Shown here: one piece after another, positions 63,441 to 64,000 of the stretch
Numbering within the stretch: position 1 is the stretch's first letter
Layout of the letters: the number at the start of each line of letters is the position of its first letter
Assembly: GCA_965248355.1 (NCBI GenBank)
Contig: OZ252098.1
Location: 1,390,098-1,454,097 of the forward strand
DNA length: 64,000 bases
Source: Candidatus Latescibacterota bacterium
GTDB lineage: Bacteria > Latescibacterota > UBA2968 > UBA8231
Direction: 5' to 3'
Made by a program: the position numbers and the translations under genes
The notes under the pieces: model-generated
Told to the model about the DNA's origin: nothing
Databases searched by the model: none
What the model saw: the letters and a program-made list of their open reading frames with translations, nothing else

Positions 63441-63998
63441 TCAAAATTGAAATTGCTTAAGTAAAATCAGGATGGAGGCAAGTTGGACGAAGCCAAGAAA
63501 ATTCTCCGGATACAATTCCCAGCGAGTGATCACTCGACGCTGCCATTGAAGCCAAGCGAAGAATCTCTCCACCATCCAACGCCGCACATAGCGACGCAAT
63601 CGGCGTCCGTCCTGAGTCTTTTTCTTGGTTCGGTTCTGGCGATGGGGAGCGATCATCTCGACCCCTTCTTTCTTCAGCTCCTCATCTAACGGGTCGCTGT
63701 CGTAGGCTTTGTCTCCAATCAAGTTCTTGGGTTTGTCTTCGATCAGGTAGAAGTCAAACGTCAACTGAACCAGCGTCACTTCATGATGGTTCGCTGCATG
63801 CGTGCTCACCGACAAGGGAAGCCCATGGCGGTCCACGATCCCCATGACTCGTACGCCCTTGCCTCGCTTGGTGTGGCCGATATCGGCACCTCCACCCTTG
63901 GCCGCCGAGAACATGCCATCAATGAAAGCTTCCGATTCGTCCAAGTCCCCTTGCTCGTGAAGAGTCTGGGCCAGGTCCACGAGAACTTCGCGTAACAC
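63441..63998 (-). CDS. IS5-family (IS427/IS5 group) transposase, partial (N-terminus beyond the window edge)
   Basis: 'IGDKAYDSD...ERFFAWLQWQRRVITRWE' DDE_Tnp_1 C-terminal motifs. GC is about 50%. Confidence 0.75.
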   Translation of the reverse strand: MLREVLVDLAQTLHEQGDLDESEAFIDGMFSAAKGGGADIGHTKRGKGVRVMGIVDRHGLPLSVSTHAANHHEVTLVQLTFDFYLIEDKPKNLIGDKAYDSDPLDEELKKEGVEMIAPHRQNRTKKKTQDGRRLRRYVRRWMVERFFAWLQWQRRVITRWELYPENFLGFVQLASILILLKQFQF

Positions 63999-64000
63999 CC

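Noticed and set aside
1-64000. CRISPR arrays, rRNA and tRNA genes
   Set aside because: Reading through the sequence found no short regularly spaced repeats and no cloverleaf-like tRNA candidates. None are reported.

Overview
This is a 64-kb window of high-GC (about 70%) bacterial DNA containing lower-GC (about 50–57%) islands at 10.3–20.7 kb, 47.9–48.8 kb and 63.4–64 kb. Three remnants of T9SS/FlgD-like C-terminal sorting domains and FCB-type promoter-like motifs suggest an FCB-superphylum host (e.g. Gemmatimonadota-like); that is inference. All calls come from reading the sequence and the ORF track; no searches were run.

Content in order:
- A VapBC toxin-antitoxin pair with a perfect palindromic operator.
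- A native hydrolytic/oxidative block: Gfo/Idh/MocA, ceramidase-like, two PhyH dioxygenases, an isochorismatase-like hydrolase, a GH20-like protein and UxuA. This block is split by a roughly 19-kb mobile-element-rich island.
- The island starts with an IS256-family element carrying an ISL3 insertion (8-bp TSD) and an IS3 insertion (3-bp TSD) whose orfB holds an ORF-less group II intron. It then carries about 10 kb of low-GC cargo (TPR, LRR–PD40, DsbA-like, a Cys-rich mini-protein, GT2, and a GT1–transglutaminase fusion). It ends in ISL3 and IstB debris, an intact IS630 and a frameshifted IS5/IS1182-like element.
- A tightly coupled seven-gene minus-strand operon with unusual composition: phosphosulfolactate synthase (ComA), HAD phosphatase, GHMP kinase, a possibly archaeal PPS-like ligase, D-2-hydroxyacid dehydrogenase, HpcH aldolase and a PLP dehydratase, followed by a PHP-domain hydrolase.
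- A defence-island-like segment: a 1734-aa DnaQ-exonuclease–RecQ–UvrD fusion, an aldo/keto reductase with a MntA-fusion/HepT cassette integrated via a roughly 455-bp homeologous duplication, and a DUF2971 gene, bracketed by two 38-bp repeats.
- An operon of an M20 peptidase, two NAD-binding proteins, a roughly 1605-aa PA/M28–FtsX-like membrane giant and an 890-aa polytopic membrane protein.
- An enolase-superfamily gene with a scrambled internal junction.
- A T9SS-CTD gene truncated by an IS5 copy at the window edge.

Many long ORFs in the track are GC-frame or antisense artefacts and were rejected.
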